Source: a virus. From it: DNA of 64,000 bases. A program made the position numbers and the translations under genes. The notes under the pieces were generated by a model, which ran no database searches, was not told where the DNA came from, and saw nothing but the letters and a program-made list of their open reading frames with translations. Of the stretch, positions 29,638 to 41,954 are shown piece by piece. The stretch's first letter is position 1; each line of letters begins with the position of its first letter. The stretch is from positions 1 to 64,000 of the IMG/VR virus record IMGVR_UViG_3300044825_001821, one strand, 5' to 3'.

Positions 29638-31802
29638 GGTTATTGTTTTCTTGATAGGAGTGTAAAATGAGTGCCCCAGGTCTTACTGAAGAAGAAATTA
29701 ACATTTTAGCAAAAGAAATTGCTGATGCTACCTTGACCGATTATGTCGATGATGAGTGTGAGGCAATGTTTGATGCATTGTATGCTGAACACGAGGCAAT
29801 GATGTATGCTGCCAATTCATATGACCTTGATGCAATTGCATATGGTGAGATGTAATGAAGTTATGTAAGGACTGCAAATACTTTACCGAAGCCTCTAATA
29901 AAGAGGCTTTTTGTTTACACTCAGAATCGGTAATGTATGATGATCCAATATATGGTGAACATTCACGAAGAACTTGTCGTGATATGCGATTGGGCGGACC
30001 TGACCGCACTGCACCGTGTGGTAGATACGGCAAGCTATTTGTTGCCGTTGCTGGATTCGTACCTCAAATTATAAGTGAGGAAATGAAATGAGACAATTTT
30101 TTACAAGCAAAGAAGAATATTTGGCAGTATTGAATGCCGAACGTGAGATACTACTACGATTTTATTATAAACCAGATGAGTCGGCTACAGGATATTACAA
30201 TACAGCCGCATCGGTTTTAGCAGAGCGCATCAAAGAATTAGAAGAACAAAAATGAGATATTGGACCATCTGTTATCCTGCGCCTCATCCTACACAAGATT
30301 TTGATATCTGTGTGTGGGAAACACTATCCGATCAAGAAATAATAGATTATTATTGGGACTGGTGGTCGGGTAAAATGTTGGCTGAAGGTCCCAATGATTC
30401 ATGCACATTTGAGAATTGTATCATTGATTGGTGCATTGTACATTGGGCGGAGCGTAATCATTGGCGTGAGATGAAGGAATATTATGAGTGATATTGAGAA
30501 TGATATTGCCGAACGTAAACGTGCAATATTTGATTTGATTGAACACAATGAAATGTTAGATGATGACGGCTATCCGACCGATGCTGCATTAGATGTCATT
30601 CGACTATGGCATTGGGATAATGCAAAAGGCTGGTTCAAGTTTATCGAAGGTCTTTGGCATTTTCATAGTTGGGGTTGGAGAGAAGATGACGAGGCACATG
30701 AATATCTAAAAGATGAAATTGTGCGGAGATATTACGTTTCGACCTGTGGTTGGTCTGGTAATGAATCAATCATTCGTGCTATGCAAGAAAATAAAAGTAT
30801 GATGTGGACACTGACCTGGGTACAATCACGCCGTGGTGGTCATTATATTTTTGAACTGAGGGAGATTCATCAATGAATGAAGATGATTTAGTGTACCGCC
30901 TACGCAAACGTGCTGAGATACGCCGTCAGATACCAGGACGCAAATCTGTGGAAGAGGGCAAGCCCGACCGTATTGCCGACTTGTTGGAAGAGGCGGCAAT
31001 TGAAATTGAACGGCTGCGTGAGCCAAAGAATAAATAATGATATGATTCGGCGATAAACCAATCCATATCAATCATGTCAGACCCAAAAGAAGAACTCAAA
31101 AAACACAGACCCAAAAAGAAAAAACTTGCAGTACCAGCCGAATTTCTACAAGAAGCAAAATCATATGATGACAAATTAGTTTTGGTGAAAACACTGACCG
31201 AAATGGAAAAAGGTCGTGTGCTGTTGATCATTCGTGGTATGCTGGCTGATGCTGTAAAAGCCAGAGACAAAAAATGAAACAACTGCTGGAGATATTACCG
31301 AAACTGTTGGGCATGATGCCCGAACTGGTCAAGTATATCAAATATATTCCCATTCTAATGATATTGGCAGGTGTAGGATATGGTGCATACTATGTGACAC
31401 AAAACTACAAAGACCCATACAAGTGTTATAATAATCAGTTATTCAAACAAAAATCTATCGATTCAAATGTTTATATTTTCGTTGGTGAGGTGTGCATAGA
31501 TGGCAATGAGAAACCTATTCCTGAAACTGAAAACTAGAACGGATTCCGTCATAGTTTTCATAGCATATATTTCCCTGTTCGTCGCATCGGCTACTGCCTA
31601 CACAATTATACGTGATAAGCGCCTGGCTGCCGAGGAATATTGTGAAAATCATCGTGGCATTCTATTCACCGACCGTGCTGGTGAGTATATTTGCATCAAA
31701 GAAAAATCCATAGTAAAATGACAATTGTTGCGATTGCACAATGTGCTATCATTTTGCTATGTATTGTCATTTTAGTAAGCTTCCCAGATATTTAAAAAAA
31801 CC

Positions 31803-31831
31803 TTGACAAGTAAACCGAAATGCCTCATAAT
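31803..31831 (+). promoter_or_regulatory. Sigma70-type early promoter
   Basis: TTGACAagtaaacc, 17-bp spacer, CATAATgg. Confidence 0.8.
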
Positions 31832-32643
31832 GGTTGCATAGTGATTGAGAAGGAGATTATATGAAAATTCAATGTCAAAATGTAGCAGGAGGCTGGCAAA
31901 CCAGCGTAGTCGAAACTGGTTATCTGTTCGGTCCGGTGTTCAATAAAATCACCGACTTGTGGGATTGGCAGCGTGAAAATCTGTTTGGTGTTGTTGATGG
32001 TTATGTTATGCGGGAGGTAGCATGAGAGTAGCACATAATTATGGTAAAGTTCGTATTGTGCATGATGGTAGCCCATTTGATGTAGCATACGATATTCGAG
32101 TCGAATGGCTCAAAAATGATGAGTGGGTGACGTATCGTGGTTTCAATAGTCTGAGCGACGATTATGCAAATACCAATGCATCCGAGGCAGCCGGTCGTGC
32201 AATAGCAATTCTTGCTGCTGAGGCTGCCGCTAACTTGCCAGGAGTGTAAAATGGACAAAGTATTCATTGTAGTCGAACCTGTACCCTATGAGGGCGACAC
32301 CGTTCTCCGTGTATTCACCAAATACGATGATGCAATAGCATATGGGCATGAATTGTATGCCGAAGGTGCTATTGAGGAATTCGATGTATATGAGCGTGAA
32401 TTGTACTAAAAAACAGTAAAAAATCCATAAAAACGCAAAAAATAAGCACAAAATCAATATGGAGATGAATCATGAGTGATGGAGTTACCATTGTATTTTT
32501 CGTACTTTTTACATTTATTGGTGCCCTTTTTGGACACAATATTGGTGCAAGTACAGCAAACAAGGCCATAGCCGAATGTGAAAAAACCCTGCCACGTAAC
32601 GTACAATGTACAATCATTGCTGTACCGGTAGACAAGAACTAAT

Positions 32644-32967
32644 ATGAACTACCACGCCCACGTATACTGGAAAAACAATGCTGAACGGGAGATAGCCATA
32701 TCCATGCGTCCATCGTTCCTATCAATGGGTGCGAGCCTGGGTGCAATCCATGACCGTCCCATAGGTCCGCATCCACTGCCCATGTATCAGATAATGTATG
32801 ACACTCCAATCCAGACTGAAGTTGAAACACTGCTGAGAATTCAGCCGATGTCAATTCTACTTCATGAGGACATAGGCATTGATCATGTAAAAGACCACAC
32901 TGACGGTGCCAGATGGATCAATACACCACTAGAATTAGACTTACAATTTCTGGAGAATTTTGAATGA
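32644..32967 (+). CDS. DOPA 4,5-dioxygenase family protein
   Basis: YHAHVY, IGPHP, ILLH, DHT..ARW. Confidence 0.8.
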   Translation: MNYHAHVYWKNNAEREIAISMRPSFLSMGASLGAIHDRPIGPHPLPMYQIMYDTPIQTEVETLLRIQPMSILLHEDIGIDHVKDHTDGARWINTPLELDLQFLENFE

Positions 32968-33660
32968 GCCTTCTACCCTGTCCACAGTGTAATTCCGAGG
33001 CTGAGATATTCTCCACGGGTACACTAGAATGCTACGGCTGGGCATGGCAGACTTATGGAGTAAGATGTAAAGATACCAATGGCAAACACTGTGGTATGGA
33101 AATAAGCATGAATGCCGACTTTTTCTATGTAGAACTACATGATGGACATTGGGAAGAGATATGGAATAATCTACCAGTAAGGGCAAAGATATGAATGAGC
33201 GAATTCGAGAACTGTATTATCAATGTCAAGATGAAAGTCTAAGTACAGAGGAGTGCTATCATAACTTTGCCGAGTTGATTGTCCGAGAATGTGTAAAAGT
33301 GATGTATGATAATGCTATAGAACGAAAAGTTCCACCCGATATCAACCAAACACCTACACATTATGCTATTGCTGTATTAGAACATTTCGGAGTTGACCAA
33401 TGAACGAGCGAATAAAAGAACTAGCCACGCAAATCGGCATTGATGTAAACTACCTCACTAACACCAAACAAATCGTGCTAATCGAAAAGTTTGCCGAATC
33501 AATAATTCTAGAGTGTGTAGCCTGCTGTGGCTCACAAGCCGACAAGAAAAACATACGCTATCGATTCGGTCTACCCATAGAATCGGATGTACAATACGAA
33601 GCACCACCAGTGTATAATTCAATCACTAGTCAATACACAAGAAAATACAATCTACCTGGC

Positions 33661-33722
33661 AGCGACAATTGAGCGACAGATTGAGCGACAGAGAGCGACA
33701 GAGAGAGCGACAGAGAGCGACA
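33661..33722 (+). repeat. Six tandem AGCGACA repeats
   Basis: (g)agcgaca x6 with short spacers. Confidence 0.85.
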
Positions 33723-33728
33723 AATAAT

Positions 33729-33977
33729 ATGAAACCAATAGCCGAAATTCTCACAATCTTACAGGAAGAGTGTGCCGAAGTAATTCAGATTGCCTCAAAA
33801 ATACACCGCTTTGGTCATCATCCCGACAATATGAAAAGACTAGCAGAAGAACTGGGCGACCTACAGTGTATGATAGAATTATGCATAGAACACCAACTGG
33901 TCGATGAAACAAAACTGCAAATATACAGTAAAGACAAAAGAGAAAAACTGAGAACGTGGAGCACAATACCACTGTAA
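33729..33977 (+). CDS. MazG-like nucleotide pyrophosphohydrolase
   Basis: LQEECAEVIQ...LAEELGDL. Confidence 0.7.
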   Translation: MKPIAEILTILQEECAEVIQIASKIHRFGHHPDNMKRLAEELGDLQCMIELCIEHQLVDETKLQIYSKDKREKLRTWSTIPL

Positions 33978-34155
33978 TGTGTGGGGAAGTGTGGGGGAAA
34001 GTGGGGAACGGTGTAGTTTCACATTGTGAAAAATGCGAAAATCCACTGTAACGGCGCTGGTGCAAAATACCACAACGCCGGGCTGCACTGCCCCGCCCCC
34101 AGGCTGCTGCACCGCTGCCCAGGCTGTTGCGCTGACCCAACGCTGCAAATAATGC

Positions 34156-34184
34156 TTGACAAGTTAACCGATATCACCTATACT
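34156..34184 (+). promoter_or_regulatory. Sigma70-type early promoter
   Basis: TTGACA-17-TATACTgg. Confidence 0.8.
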
Positions 34185-34563
34185 GGCACTGTACTGAGAT
34201 GATATTGGAGATTGAGATGATTGCGATTTTGATACTGTTTGCTGCTTTGATAACGTGGGGCGCCCTGGCTGCTGCTCCTGGTGCTGTTATTACTTTGGGC
34301 TAAGCAAATGGAACTAATTGATTGGATTTTCGTTATAGCAACACCAATTGCCTGTGTGTATATTCTGTGGGACGCTATTGTTGACAGGAGTAGAAAATGA
34401 TACCAAAATCAACTTATTACAGTATTGTCTGTAAAGCAACTGGCCTGGTGACGGAAAAAGGTAGCAAAAAAGCAATGTTGAAAGTCATGAAAGCAAAACC
34501 AGGTGTTTACTTTTTAGCACTGACCGGCCGCCCAATTGGTAGCATTTTTGCCGAATAAAACAC

Positions 34564-34592
34564 TTGACAAGTTTTTGGCTTGTCCCTATAAT
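34564..34592 (+). promoter_or_regulatory. Sigma70-type early promoter
   Basis: TTGACA-17-TATAATgg. Confidence 0.85.
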
Positions 34593-36328
34593 GGTTCTGT
34601 GCTGAATGATGTGGAGGAAAAGATGTATACCTGTGATGGCAGAAAATTCAAGCGTCTGAAAACCGCTGTGGCCTATGCTGCAAAAGCTTTTGCAAAGACC
34701 GGCGTAGTGTTGGGCATTGAGCCTGTGGTGGTGTTGAACAAGAACCCTGGTTATGTTGCTTATCTTGCGAAAGGTATGAAATTATGATAGTCCGCCGTGA
34801 AACTCTGAATGAAATTGCTACTCTGAAGTACCTTGGCTACCCTGTGTGGCGTATATCGCAATTGCTGCGTATTGCTTCCGCTGACATTGACGCCGCAATT
34901 AAAACCTGGAAACTGTAAGGAAAAATATGTCTGATGCGAAATTTACTAAACATGAGTCCGCCTTTGAAGTAACGAAGGCTGTACTGTGGGGCACAGTGCC
35001 GATCACAGTGATCCCTGCACGTAAGCGTAAAGTAAAGTCTGTTGCACGTGTGAAGTCCAGCAAGGGCTTTGTCAAGGGTACTAGTGGTATCGCAACTGGC
35101 TATCCCCGAAAGACCTTTGTATGACCAAAGCACGATTCGACCAGGCAGAGGTGCAGTCTGCCATTGCTGCCTTTGTGTCCAATACTGCGCCCCGCACTGC
35201 ACCTGCACTAGGAAAAAATAGTGAGGTGACAGTGTACGGTGTAAATACAAATAAGTACAAGCCCATTCTACCTAAACTGGAGGACGACGATGGCAAAGTT
35301 CAAGGACTTATTGATTAGCATCCTAGAACTAGATGAACGGGGAGTTAGTGTTGCTGATATTGCAACGAGACTGCAAGTGGGGCGCTCTGTTGTCGAATAT
35401 GCACTAGCCATGTACGGCACTGTGGCAAACAACTAAGGCAGTGTTATTTAAAAGCTATTAGGGGGGTTACAAGGGTTTCTATAGCAAAAAGAGTCTCATC
35501 AAAGGAACATGCTATTCCGAAGCAACCTTATCGCAAACGAAATCCGCTGCCCTATACTGAGTCATGCTAAAATTTTTTTTGGAGTGTGAAATGAGCAAAA
35601 AAGCCAAGCCTAAGTATGCACTGCAATTCACTGAGAAGCAATTGAGTCATCTGCACAATTCGCTGCGTGTCTATGAGCAACTTTCTCTCATGATAAATGA
35701 TGGTGATGATGAAGATCCGGAGACAAGTATTCGACGGCTGAACAAGTGGGATGACCTGGGTAAGATGATTAAGTCTGTTGAAAAAGTCCTCGATTCAATT
35801 GATTAAGGAGTGAGTCATGTATCGTACACGTGAAGCAACCGAGCGTATTCTGGAACTCGTTGAAGAGGGTCTGCTGGACAAGGACACCGTGATTATGGCT
35901 TGTCTGAAGTATATGTCCGAAGATGATGTGGCAGATATGGCACGTATCAATGAATTTTTTTTATATGAGGATGAAGAGTGATCACCACCTTTCTGATGGT
36001 GATCGGTGCATACATTGTTATCAATCTGACAATTGTGCTTTGGTTGCGTAGTCAAGGTGCCAATGCTGGCTGGTCGGAAGCACTGTTGCGACAATGCAAC
36101 AAAGAGCATGTAAAGAATGAATCCGCTTGACTTCATTGAAAAACTGTACTATATTGGTCATGTTGTCAATGGGTTTATAGGAGATATCTTTGTGACAATT
36201 CTTGCAATAGTTTTCATTACAGCAATACTTTTGCTTTTCTTTAGAATTGTCTGGAGTATTATCAAGTTTATATGCAAGCCTTTGATTCTTGTCATTCTTG
36301 CAATTGCTGCGGTCTTTACTTTTGGTGC

Positions 36329-36357
36329 TTGACAAGTAAACCTATATCGTGCATAAT
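36329..36357 (+). promoter_or_regulatory. Sigma70-type early promoter
   Basis: TTGACAagtaaacc, 17-bp spacer, CATAATgg. Confidence 0.8.
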
Positions 36358-38463
36358 GGTCACATGTTGAACGAACGTGGAGTTGCAAAATGATTACATA
36401 TGAGCGTACCACTGGCTATGACAAAGAAGGTAATGCAAATAAAGTAACGTACACCGAGGGTGTCGGTACAACTTTGTATATTACTAACGAATCCGAGCAA
36501 GTGATGTCCGATATCTGGGAATGGGTCACCAAAGCATATTACTGGGATCGTGCCTCGAAAACGCTGAAGGCCGCATGGGTCGACGGCGGTGTGGTCGTAG
36601 TCGATGCAAATTTTGCTGCACTCGAATCCGAGATGTATGATGCATTCTTTGCAAAAGAGTATGCTGCCGGTCTATCTGCTGCCGAGAATGATTCGCTGAT
36701 GCCTGATGTACGTGGGCGTGAAGTGAAGGTCATCGGCGGGCGTGATAAGTCACTGAAAGGTAAGATCGGTAAGGTCGTTGTGGTGATGGAAAAAATGTAC
36801 GGTATGGGCTATCGTGGAGTGTTGCGAAATAAATTGGGTATCGCACTCGATGATGAAAAAGTGTCGGTCGAACGTAACGGTCGTGTTTATGAAAATTACA
36901 AAAACATGATCTGGGTCTGGGCACATAACTGTGAAGTCGTGGCACCCGCTATATCTGAGACTGAGTTAGCAAATGTGAAACGTGTGGCCGAGAGTCGTGC
37001 AAAGTATCGTCTTGAAAATGTTCGTGCCTCTTGTGAACGAACAATCAAAACCTTAAACTATAAGGAGGCAGCGTGAGCATGGAATTTTTAAAACGTGCAG
37101 AGGATTATACCTCAAAACGTGGTGATTACGACATATTTGTTGCAATGTTCAAAAAATTTCGGCAGCGGTGCAGTGTTTCCGATTCTATATTCTGTGCATT
37201 GTCGTGGCTTTATGATGAAGATACTGCAAATTTGCTGCAATACAAATACTGTGAGGTGATATTATGATGACCGAATTAACTCGAAAAGAACAAATACAAT
37301 TACTTTCCGATCAATGGGTAGCAAGTCAAAAAGCAAAAATGGCTGACTTGGCAGTCGCACTGATTGGTTACAAAGATGCCATTCTGGCGGACTATGCCAA
37401 GTTTCGCAAAGATATGGATCACACTTGGGATGAAGATAAGTTCGGTGTCGAATTTGATGTTGGTTCAAAGTATGTAAAAGTGATTACCATTTCTGGTGGT
37501 GGCAGTCGCTCGGTGCATTCGTTTGTCGAAAAATCCAATGGCGATATTTGGAAGGCGGCATCGTGGAAAGCACCCGCAAAAAACTTTACACGTGGCAATG
37601 TGTATCAAACGCCCTCATATCAAAAGAATTTGCGCTGGACAGGCATTTGCTAATTTTCCGGCAACTGTTTGCATGATTTCTTTCTTTCCTTGTATCGGGA
37701 CTTTATTTGCTGTATAATTGTATTATGTTTCTTTTTGAGGAGTGTAAATGAGTCCCGAACTCGACCAAAAACTTTGTGAAGAGTTTCCGCTGATCATGGC
37801 AGAACGCCGACTTGGTGCCATGCAGACTGCCATGTGTTGGGGTTTTGAGCATGGTGATGGCTGGTATCATTTGCTGTATTCTGCCATGCGCCTTGTGCAA
37901 TCACATATTGATATGATGGAACGGCGTGGTCTTGAAATACCGCAAGTGGTATTTGAACAGGTCAAAGAAAAGTTTGGCTTGCTGACAATCTATCATCGTG
38001 GCGGTGATGCATACACCGATGGTGTATTACGCATGGCAGAAGAGATGAGCCGCCATGTTTGTGAAGAGTGTGGTGATGTAGGCTATTCAAATGATAAAGG
38101 CTGGATTCGTACACTCTGTGAAAAGCATCATGCTACGCTATGATATTCCTTAATTTTATTTTGATCGTAATCTTTTGGCACATGGCCGATCAAGCGTATG
38201 ATGATGATCGCTCTGGTTGGGCATTTACATATTTGTTTATTTCTGCAATGAACGGTGCTGCCGTTCTTTCTGCATTTTTTTAGGAGTGTGAAATGGATTT
38301 AAAAGAAACTTTGGTATTGGTGTGTGGTATTCTTTTATTTTTTGGTATGTTGCTTTTTACAAGCGTATATGAAGCAACAATGAAAGAAGAATGCCGGCTT
38401 GCTGCTATTGAACAAAACTACGCTGCCGTAGAAATTCTTGCCGTATGTAAATAAGGAAAAATA

Positions 38464-39153
38464 ATGTCAGAACTTAGAGATATATTTTATAACAAGATCA
38501 CACTGAATGCCGATAAGTGGGATCCATACTTTGATGTATATGAGGCACACTTTGCAAAATATGTGGGCAAGTCTCCGCATGTTGTCGAAGTTGGCGTCTG
38601 GAAAGGCGGCAGCATACAAATGTGGGAACACTACTTTGGTGAAGGCTCACGCATTCATGGTATTGATATCAATCCAAATATCAAAACCTTTTTACCTCAT
38701 ATGCGTGAAAATACAAAGTTGACCGTTGGTGATCAAGAGTCACGTGAGTTCTGGCAAAAGTTTTTATCAGAAGTGACGGATATCGATATCTTCATTGAAG
38801 ATGGCGGTCATTCAATGCGACAACAAATTGTTACCTTTGAAGAAGTATTTCCTAAGTTAAAGGTCGGTGGTGTATATCTTTGTGAAGATACACATACCTC
38901 GTATGAAGAAGTGGGTGGTGATCAAGGCTATGGTAATCCTCTGTCATTCATGGAGTATGCAAAGAGCATGGCTGACTTTGTAAACAATGGTCACATTCGT
39001 TCTGGTCTAGGTCGTTCACAAATGATGAAGTTTGATGAATTGTGTAAAGACTTGACCTCGATACATTTCTATGACAGCCAGGTTGTGTTTATTAAAAACG
39101 GTAAACCTGATTTTAAACGTGTGTTCTCAAAAGGAGAAAAAGATCATGCCTAA
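38464..39153 (+). CDS. Class I SAM-dependent methyltransferase
   Basis: VEVGVWKGGS, GIDIN, EDGGH, GGVYLCED. Confidence 0.85.
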   Translation: MSELRDIFYNKITLNADKWDPYFDVYEAHFAKYVGKSPHVVEVGVWKGGSIQMWEHYFGEGSRIHGIDINPNIKTFLPHMRENTKLTVGDQESREFWQKFLSEVTDIDIFIEDGGHSMRQQIVTFEEVFPKLKVGGVYLCEDTHTSYEEVGGDQGYGNPLSFMEYAKSMADFVNNGHIRSGLGRSQMMKFDELCKDLTSIHFYDSQVVFIKNGKPDFKRVFSKGEKDHA

Positions 39154-39670
39154 TTGGTGCGACAATCAACTAACACTTGGTAATTCCGATAAGTCAAAAC
39201 TTGATGCTGTTGAAGCGGTTCTGGCCGATAAAGAAAACCAAGAACTATTCAAACACCTGCGACCATTTGATGGTGACTGGGATTATGGTTGGTGTGTAGA
39301 AAATTGGGGTACCAAGTGGGAATCACGTATCGTTGATTGGGAACGATTAGATGATAATGAATTGATTGTATATTTTGAAACTGCGTGGGGACCACCCATT
39401 GCATTATATGAATATCTGTATGAATTAGATGAAGGCTGGAATGTAGAAGCGTATTACCATGAGCCTGGTATGTGTTTCGCTGGCATGTTCTATGAAGGTG
39501 ATGATTCATATTATGAATACTCTGAATTGTCTGCCGATGAGATTGAAGAGTATTTGCCAGAAGTATTAAATGAGATGTATGGTATTGCCGATTACAAACG
39601 TGATTGGGATGAAGAAAACGAAGAAGAGGAAGAAGAACTTGAATGGCCTGAGCCAAAAGGAAAAGAATGA
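39146..39670 (+). CDS. MPNWC-type (DUF1281/Api92-like) ferredoxin-fold protein
   Basis: MPNWC, NWGTKW, FETAWGPP, YHEPG. Confidence 0.7.
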   Translation: MPNWCDNQLTLGNSDKSKLDAVEAVLADKENQELFKHLRPFDGDWDYGWCVENWGTKWESRIVDWERLDDNELIVYFETAWGPPIALYEYLYELDEGWNVEAYYHEPGMCFAGMFYEGDDSYYEYSELSADEIEEYLPEVLNEMYGIADYKRDWDEENEEEEEELEWPEPKGKE

Positions 39671-40050
39671 GTAATTATGGTGTTCACTCAAATAGTTTTC
39701 AAGGTGACTACAAACGTGTTTTGACAGTTTGTTCTGCAAACATGTTGCGGTCGCCTACGATGGCGCACGTACTTTCTGCTGAACCATATAACTTCAATAC
39801 ACGGTCTGCTGGCACCGCTGGCTACGCACTGATTCCTGTAACCGAAGATTTGTTATTGTGGGCTGATGAGGTTGTATGTGCTGATACTGAACATGCAATG
39901 TGGGTACGCAACAAGATGATGGAGTGGATGCTTGACAAGCCTATCATCGATTTGAAGATACCTGATATCTACGAATATCGTAATCCAAAATTGATTGAAC
40001 TAATTAAGGAGCGTTATGAACAACGAACTGCTGGATCAACTGGCACTTAA
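39667..40050 (+). CDS. Low-molecular-weight tyrosine phosphatase-like protein
   Basis: CX5R motif CSANMLRS, SAGT, IPD. Confidence 0.8.
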   Translation: MSNYGVHSNSFQGDYKRVLTVCSANMLRSPTMAHVLSAEPYNFNTRSAGTAGYALIPVTEDLLLWADEVVCADTEHAMWVRNKMMEWMLDKPIIDLKIPDIYEYRNPKLIELIKERYEQRTAGSTGT

Positions 40051-40248
40051 AACCGGAGGCAGCCACTTCCCGGCTGTCTTTGGACATTATCAAAGAGACT
40101 ACATTCTTCATGTGTTGTCAGAAATACATGATGTGTTTCAAAAACAACAATTTGATGGATATGCAATCGATTTCTGGGACGATATCATAAAACATTTCAA
40201 ACTTGATGATTACGAAATTGACAAGATATTAAAAGACCCAAATAATAC

Positions 40249-40277
40249 TTGACAAGTAAACCGATACTCTGTAGAAT
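40249..40277 (+). promoter_or_regulatory. Sigma70-type early promoter
   Basis: TTGACAagtaaacc, 17-bp spacer, TAGAATgg. Confidence 0.8.
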
Positions 40278-41477
40278 GGCAGTGTTGATTGATTTTATGG
40301 AGGTTTGTTATGGCTATAGTTGATGGACAAATTGTGAAAGTTGGTGATGCTGTTGGTTTCAAGTGTGATATTGAGCAGTGGGGCTATATCACTAAAATCA
40401 ATGGTGATATGTTGACACTAAAGGCACCGTATAATTCGGGTTTTGAAGGTGATTATATTGGTGGTAATGAGTATCATGTGGTCGATGCTTATTCCTGCTG
40501 GATTGACTAAAGGAGATTTGTTATGGCTTATGTATCTCAAGAACTGAAGTCTAAATTGGCGCCTACTATCAAAGCAATTTGCAAAAAGTATGGTGTAAAA
40601 GCCAGCCTTGCTGTACGCAATCATTCCACACTGGTGCTAAATGTAAAGTCTGGTAAAGTAGACTTTATCGGCGATTATGGTAGCACTCCTGAAACACGTG
40701 CTGATGCTGAAAAGTTCGGTATTCAAGTGAATCCTTATCACTACAAAAGCCACTTCAATGGTGATGCATATTTCTTTTTGTCGGAAGTGATTCCTGCAAT
40801 GAATGCTGGTAATTGGGATGAATCTGATGCACAAGTTGATTATTTCAATGTCGGCTGGTATATCGATGTAAATATTGGTAAGTGGAATAAACCCTACACT
40901 CTGGAGGCTTAATATGGATCAGATAGATAAAATTATGGCGTATGAATCTGGTGAACTAGATTTTGATGAAACTGTGGAATTTTTTCAAAAGTTGATTGAT
41001 TCGGGTCTTGTGTGGCAACTGCAAGGTTCGTATGGTCGTATGGCAAACTCATTAATTGAGAATGGTTATTGTAATGTACACTGAAGATAAAATTGTTGCA
41101 AATCGAATTCGTACCCCCGATGGTACGATTCTTGAATCTATGCACCGCCACGATTATGTAACCTATGTCGATAAGAATGGCAAAGAATACATGGTCGATG
41201 GCGGCCTTGATTACCTGCGCCGCAATGTACATGATGATGCACCGTATGAAGAACTCTCGGTGTATGCTGATGATCTTCATGTTGAAATTCGTGAGGTATT
41301 CAAGTGGGGTACACGTGGTAAAGATGGTAAGCAACCACTGAAATTTGTACCACTAAAAGACTTGACAACTGAACACATTGAGGCTATACTGGATACTCAA
41401 ACACATATTTCCGATCACATTCGAAAAATATTTTTGAATGAATTGGCAATTCGTGGATAAGTTGGATATATACTGAT

Positions 41478-41573
41478 ATGAACAATCTAATACACATTAC
41501 AAAGCAAGCGCCCGAATATCGCACATTTAGCGATAATGGCTCATGGGCACCTGTGTCGGAGGTTTGTGTATAG
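41478..41573 (+). CDS. Putative attenuator leader peptide MNNLIHITKQAPEYRTFSDNGSWAPVSEVCV
   Basis: 31 codons containing all 20 amino acids; its 3' end is complementary to the 5' arm of the downstream terminator. Confidence 0.6.
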   Translation: MNNLIHITKQAPEYRTFSDNGSWAPVSEVCV

Positions 41574-41599
41574 ATTGTAATCGTTAGCAGATATACAAC

Positions 41600-41639
41600 A
41601 AACCCCGAAGCCCAAAAAGTTTCGGGGTTTTGTTTTTTT
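41600..41639 (+). terminator. Intrinsic terminator of the putative attenuator
   Basis: AAACCCCGAAGC / GTTTCGGGGTTT followed by TGTTTTTTT. Confidence 0.85.
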
Positions 41640-41665
41640 GATAACGAAAAAAGTTTAAAAAAACC

Positions 41666-41694
41666 TTGACAAGTAAATGGCTGTTCTATACAAT
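41666..41694 (+). promoter_or_regulatory. Sigma70-type promoter upstream of the tRNA array
   Basis: TTGACA-17-TACAATgg. Confidence 0.8.
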
Positions 41695-41827
41695 GGTCGA
41701 TGTTGAGTGAGTGAGAAAGAAAAAACGGAAGTGAGCGATCCGACTCTGAGAAGAGTTTAGCAAGGGTTGATGCGGTAGGGCAGCTTCGGCATCTGTAATA
41801 GCGATTCCTTGTTAGTTCTTGAATTAT

Positions 41828-41903
41828 GCACCCATCGTCTAGAGGCCTAGGACCCTGCCCTTTCACGGCAGTAACACCGGTTCAAATCCGGTTGGGTGTA
41901 CCA
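41828..41903 (+). tRNA. tRNA-Glu(TTC)
   Basis: CTGCC-CTTTCAC-GGCAG, CCA. Confidence 0.93.
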
Positions 41904-41954
41904 AGTTCTTAATAGGAGACCTGTCATGGATAGTGACAAGAGTGGTAAGATGAA

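Larger units (their letters stand above)
28033..41460 (+). other. Early/accessory region of dozens of small hypothetical ORFs
   Basis: Short co-oriented ORFs with GGAG RBSs behind repeated sigma70-type promoters. Confidence 0.7.

Noticed and set aside
33661-33722. Tandem repeats as a CRISPR array
   Set aside because: 7-8 nt units with spacers of only a few nt; no unique 30-nt spacers and no cas operon.
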